Shown here: positions 61,871 through 64,000 of the stretch, piece after piece
How positions within the stretch are numbered: position 1 is the first letter of the stretch
How the letters are laid out: each line of letters begins with the position of its first letter
From: Toensbergia leucococca
Taxonomy: Eukaryota
Direction of reading: 5' to 3'
Length of the DNA stretch: 64,000 nucleotides
Assembly: GCA_022813965.1 (NCBI GenBank)
Contig: JALDZS010000105.1
Span: 1 to 64,000, forward strand
Notes under the pieces: generated by a model
What the model was told of the DNA's origin: nothing
Seen by the model: the letters and a program-made list of their open reading frames with translations, nothing else
Databases searched by the model: none
Made by a program: the position numbers and the translations under genes

Positions 61871-62583
61871 GTCTCTTATCATGCATCTCTTCTCTCTTCC
61901 CACACAAAAATGAGGGCTTTGTTGCAAGGCTGGCCCATCCTCGCTCCAAAATGTATCATGCTTTAAAATTCCTTGTTTGCTTTTCTGTGATGATGATTTA
62001 TTTGTTTATTTATTTATTTATTTTTTCGCAATATTCTATGCGTTGAATGGCATGTGCGGGTTTTAAGGTTCAAAGTTCAAAAAGCTTAGCTATCTATTGA
62101 GGCCGCCAGGTGTGCAGGTGCGTTTTAGTTGTGTTTTTTTTTTTGAAGATAGGGTTACCTTAGTGAGGGGAGGTGAGGTTTTGACAAATTTTCTTTTTTT
62201 TTTTTCAAGAGAAAGATGATGAGCTTTTTTAATTTTTTTTGTGGGTTTGAGGTTCTGAGTGAGGGGGGTTTGAATGACGGGTTTGAGGAGATGTGTTTGT
62301 GCTTTGTGTGAATGAGGTTGAGTGAGAGAAGGGAAAGAGAGGGGGGGGTGAGGGGGAGGGAGAGAAAATGAGGTGTAGGTTTTTATAATAGAGTTGATTT
62401 TGCATTGAGTTTGAGTGATTTGAAGTACCTACCTAGTGATACATCATGAGAAGGATGATCATTGTAAGTAAACACCATTTGTAAGAAAAATTCCTGATTT
62501 CAATTGACACAAAAACTGTGCTGGAGTCACAATTGTACCCTGACCCCCCCCTTTTCTCCTCCCCCCCTTGGGATTCTTCTACT

Positions 62584-63267
62584 TCAATGCCCATCATCCT
62601 CAAGGATCCTCTTAAACGTCTCCCGCGCAGTCATCTTGCCAATCCACTGCTTGACCCGCGGATAACGATCCTCATCATACTCCTCCTTCTCCAGCAACAT
62701 GGGCACCAATCTCTGCCACGGCACAAACGCCAGATCCGCATACGAGAACTTGTTCCCCACCAGCCACGGCCCGTCCCCGCCGCCGCCGCCGCCATGCTCC
62801 TCTTCCTGCCGCGCCAACTGCCCCTCCAAGACGGCCGTCACGCGGTTGATTTCCTGCACGTAGCGCGCGATGGCGCTGGGGAGGTGCTCGGGGTGGTATT
62901 TCTTGAAGAAGACGGCCTGGCCGTAGTAGGGGCCTTGGCCGGTTGTCTGGAAGTAGAGCCATTGTTTTGCGTGGAAGGAGTCTGGGGTTCCCGGGGCGAA
63001 ACTGAGGCGGTGCGTCGGGTCGTAGAGCTCGGTTAGGTATTCGATTATGGCGCCGGTTTCCCAGAGGGTGATGTTTGTGTTTGGGTCATGGATGGATGGG
63101 AGGCGGCCGTTTGGGTTGATGGCGGTGTAGGATGGGGTTTTGACTTCGGTGAAGGGGAGGGGGATTATTTCGTAGGGGAGGTTGAGTTCTTCCATGAGGA
63201 TGGCGGGCTTGGGAGGGTTGGGACCGCCTTTTCCCCAGATTTTGAGGGGTTTTAGTTGAGTGGACAT
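62584..63267 (-). CDS. Glutathione S-transferase, Ure2p-like class
   Basis: GPNPPK, INPNGRLPSIHDPNT, LWETGAIIEYL, QWLYFQTTGQGPYYGQ and WLVGNKFSYADLAFVPW motifs. Confidence 0.95.
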   Translation of the reverse strand: MSTQLKPLKIWGKGGPNPPKPAILMEELNLPYEIIPLPFTEVKTPSYTAINPNGRLPSIHDPNTNITLWETGAIIEYLTELYDPTHRLSFAPGTPDSFHAKQWLYFQTTGQGPYYGQAVFFKKYHPEHLPSAIARYVQEINRVTAVLEGQLARQEEEHGGGGGGDGPWLVGNKFSYADLAFVPWQRLVPMLLEKEEYDEDRYPRVKQWIGKMTARETFKRILEDDGH

Positions 63268-63722
63268 TTTTTTTTTTTTTTACTTTGATCTTTTGTGTTT
63301 TTCTGAGGTGAAATTCGGGTTCGATGGTGAGGTGACTGGCTGGACTGGTTCGGGCGATTATGAAAGTTGTTTGTGTCTTGAAAGATGTGTAAATCCAAGT
63401 CGATGGGTTGGAGAAGATAGATACATGATGAATTCAAATAGTGTTATATACTCAGATTGAGATATCTGATCTTGTCCTACACACGGAACATGCGTCATCT
63501 GTGACAAAGCACTTCACATCGAAGAGATATTGTTTGTAATAGACAGCGATGACTTACAAACCCATTCGAGGATTCCTCGCAGAGTTTCTCCCCATGTGGA
63601 ACTAGCTGGCTCGGAGTCGGGTGAAGAATCCAGACTCCGGATGAAAAGTCGTCCGACGAGTAGAATGGAGTAGGATGGTGTTGGTGTTTCCAATCAGGGT
63701 GCCGCAATTTACGTTCAAGGCC

Positions 63723-63766
63723 TACCTAGGGGGTACCTAGGGGGTACCTAGGGGGTACCTAGGGGG
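63723..63766. repeat. 11-bp perfect tandem repeat (TACCTAGGGGG)x4
   Basis: Read directly; contains four G5 tracts. Confidence 0.92.
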
Positions 63767-64000
63767 TTGAAAAGGCAAGGTAACAAAAGTCAGAAGGTAA
63801 GGTAGGAGGGTAGGTACCTTAGGTAAGCTCGAAGGTAGTATTCTGACGCCGGTGAGGTACGCTATGCCTCATTTAGTACAGTTTGTATAAAAGAACTTAT
63901 TCTGCATAGTGGCTCATTATGAAGTCATCATCATTATCATTATCATAAAGTCACATTTTGTAATTTGGCTTCTAGATGACACGTCAATAGAACAAGCAAA

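Overview
Eukaryotic DNA from a filamentous ascomycete (Pezizomycotina), with short GT-AG introns and CTRAY branch points. The orphan secreted-protein families suggest a lichen-forming Lecanoromycete (inference). About 20 apparently intact genes. Recognisable ones: S10 serine carboxypeptidase, two-domain GFA/CENP-V protein, GNAT acetyltransferase, FAD-dependent sarcosine/pipecolate-type oxidase, dim1/DIB1, homoserine dehydrogenase, CCDC174-like protein, delta-12 fatty-acid desaturase, M20 amidohydrolase, DEF1 and a Ure2-type GST. They are interspersed with Cys-rich secreted proteins, decayed pseudogenes and CpG-depleted low-complexity islands. Main leads: (1) two divergently oriented paralogous secreted proteins, each with a Kex2 site and 8 Cys, whose cysteine motif resembles Fusarium FOLD (Avr3/SIX1-type) effectors; (2) a stand-alone gene carrying a Ty1/copia protease-like domain with a degenerate catalytic motif, inside a 5.5-kb segment bounded by ~50-bp direct repeats; (3) adjacent secreted-type genes with KP4/Ecp2-like cysteine patterns; (4) an orphan with a possible DUF3990/ADP-ribosyltransferase-like domain; (5) a probable in-frame exitron in DEF1; (6) CpG-depleted islands lying mostly between convergent 3' ends. 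No rRNA, tRNA, CRISPR array or intact transposon was recognised. All family calls come from reading motifs by eye; no searches were run.
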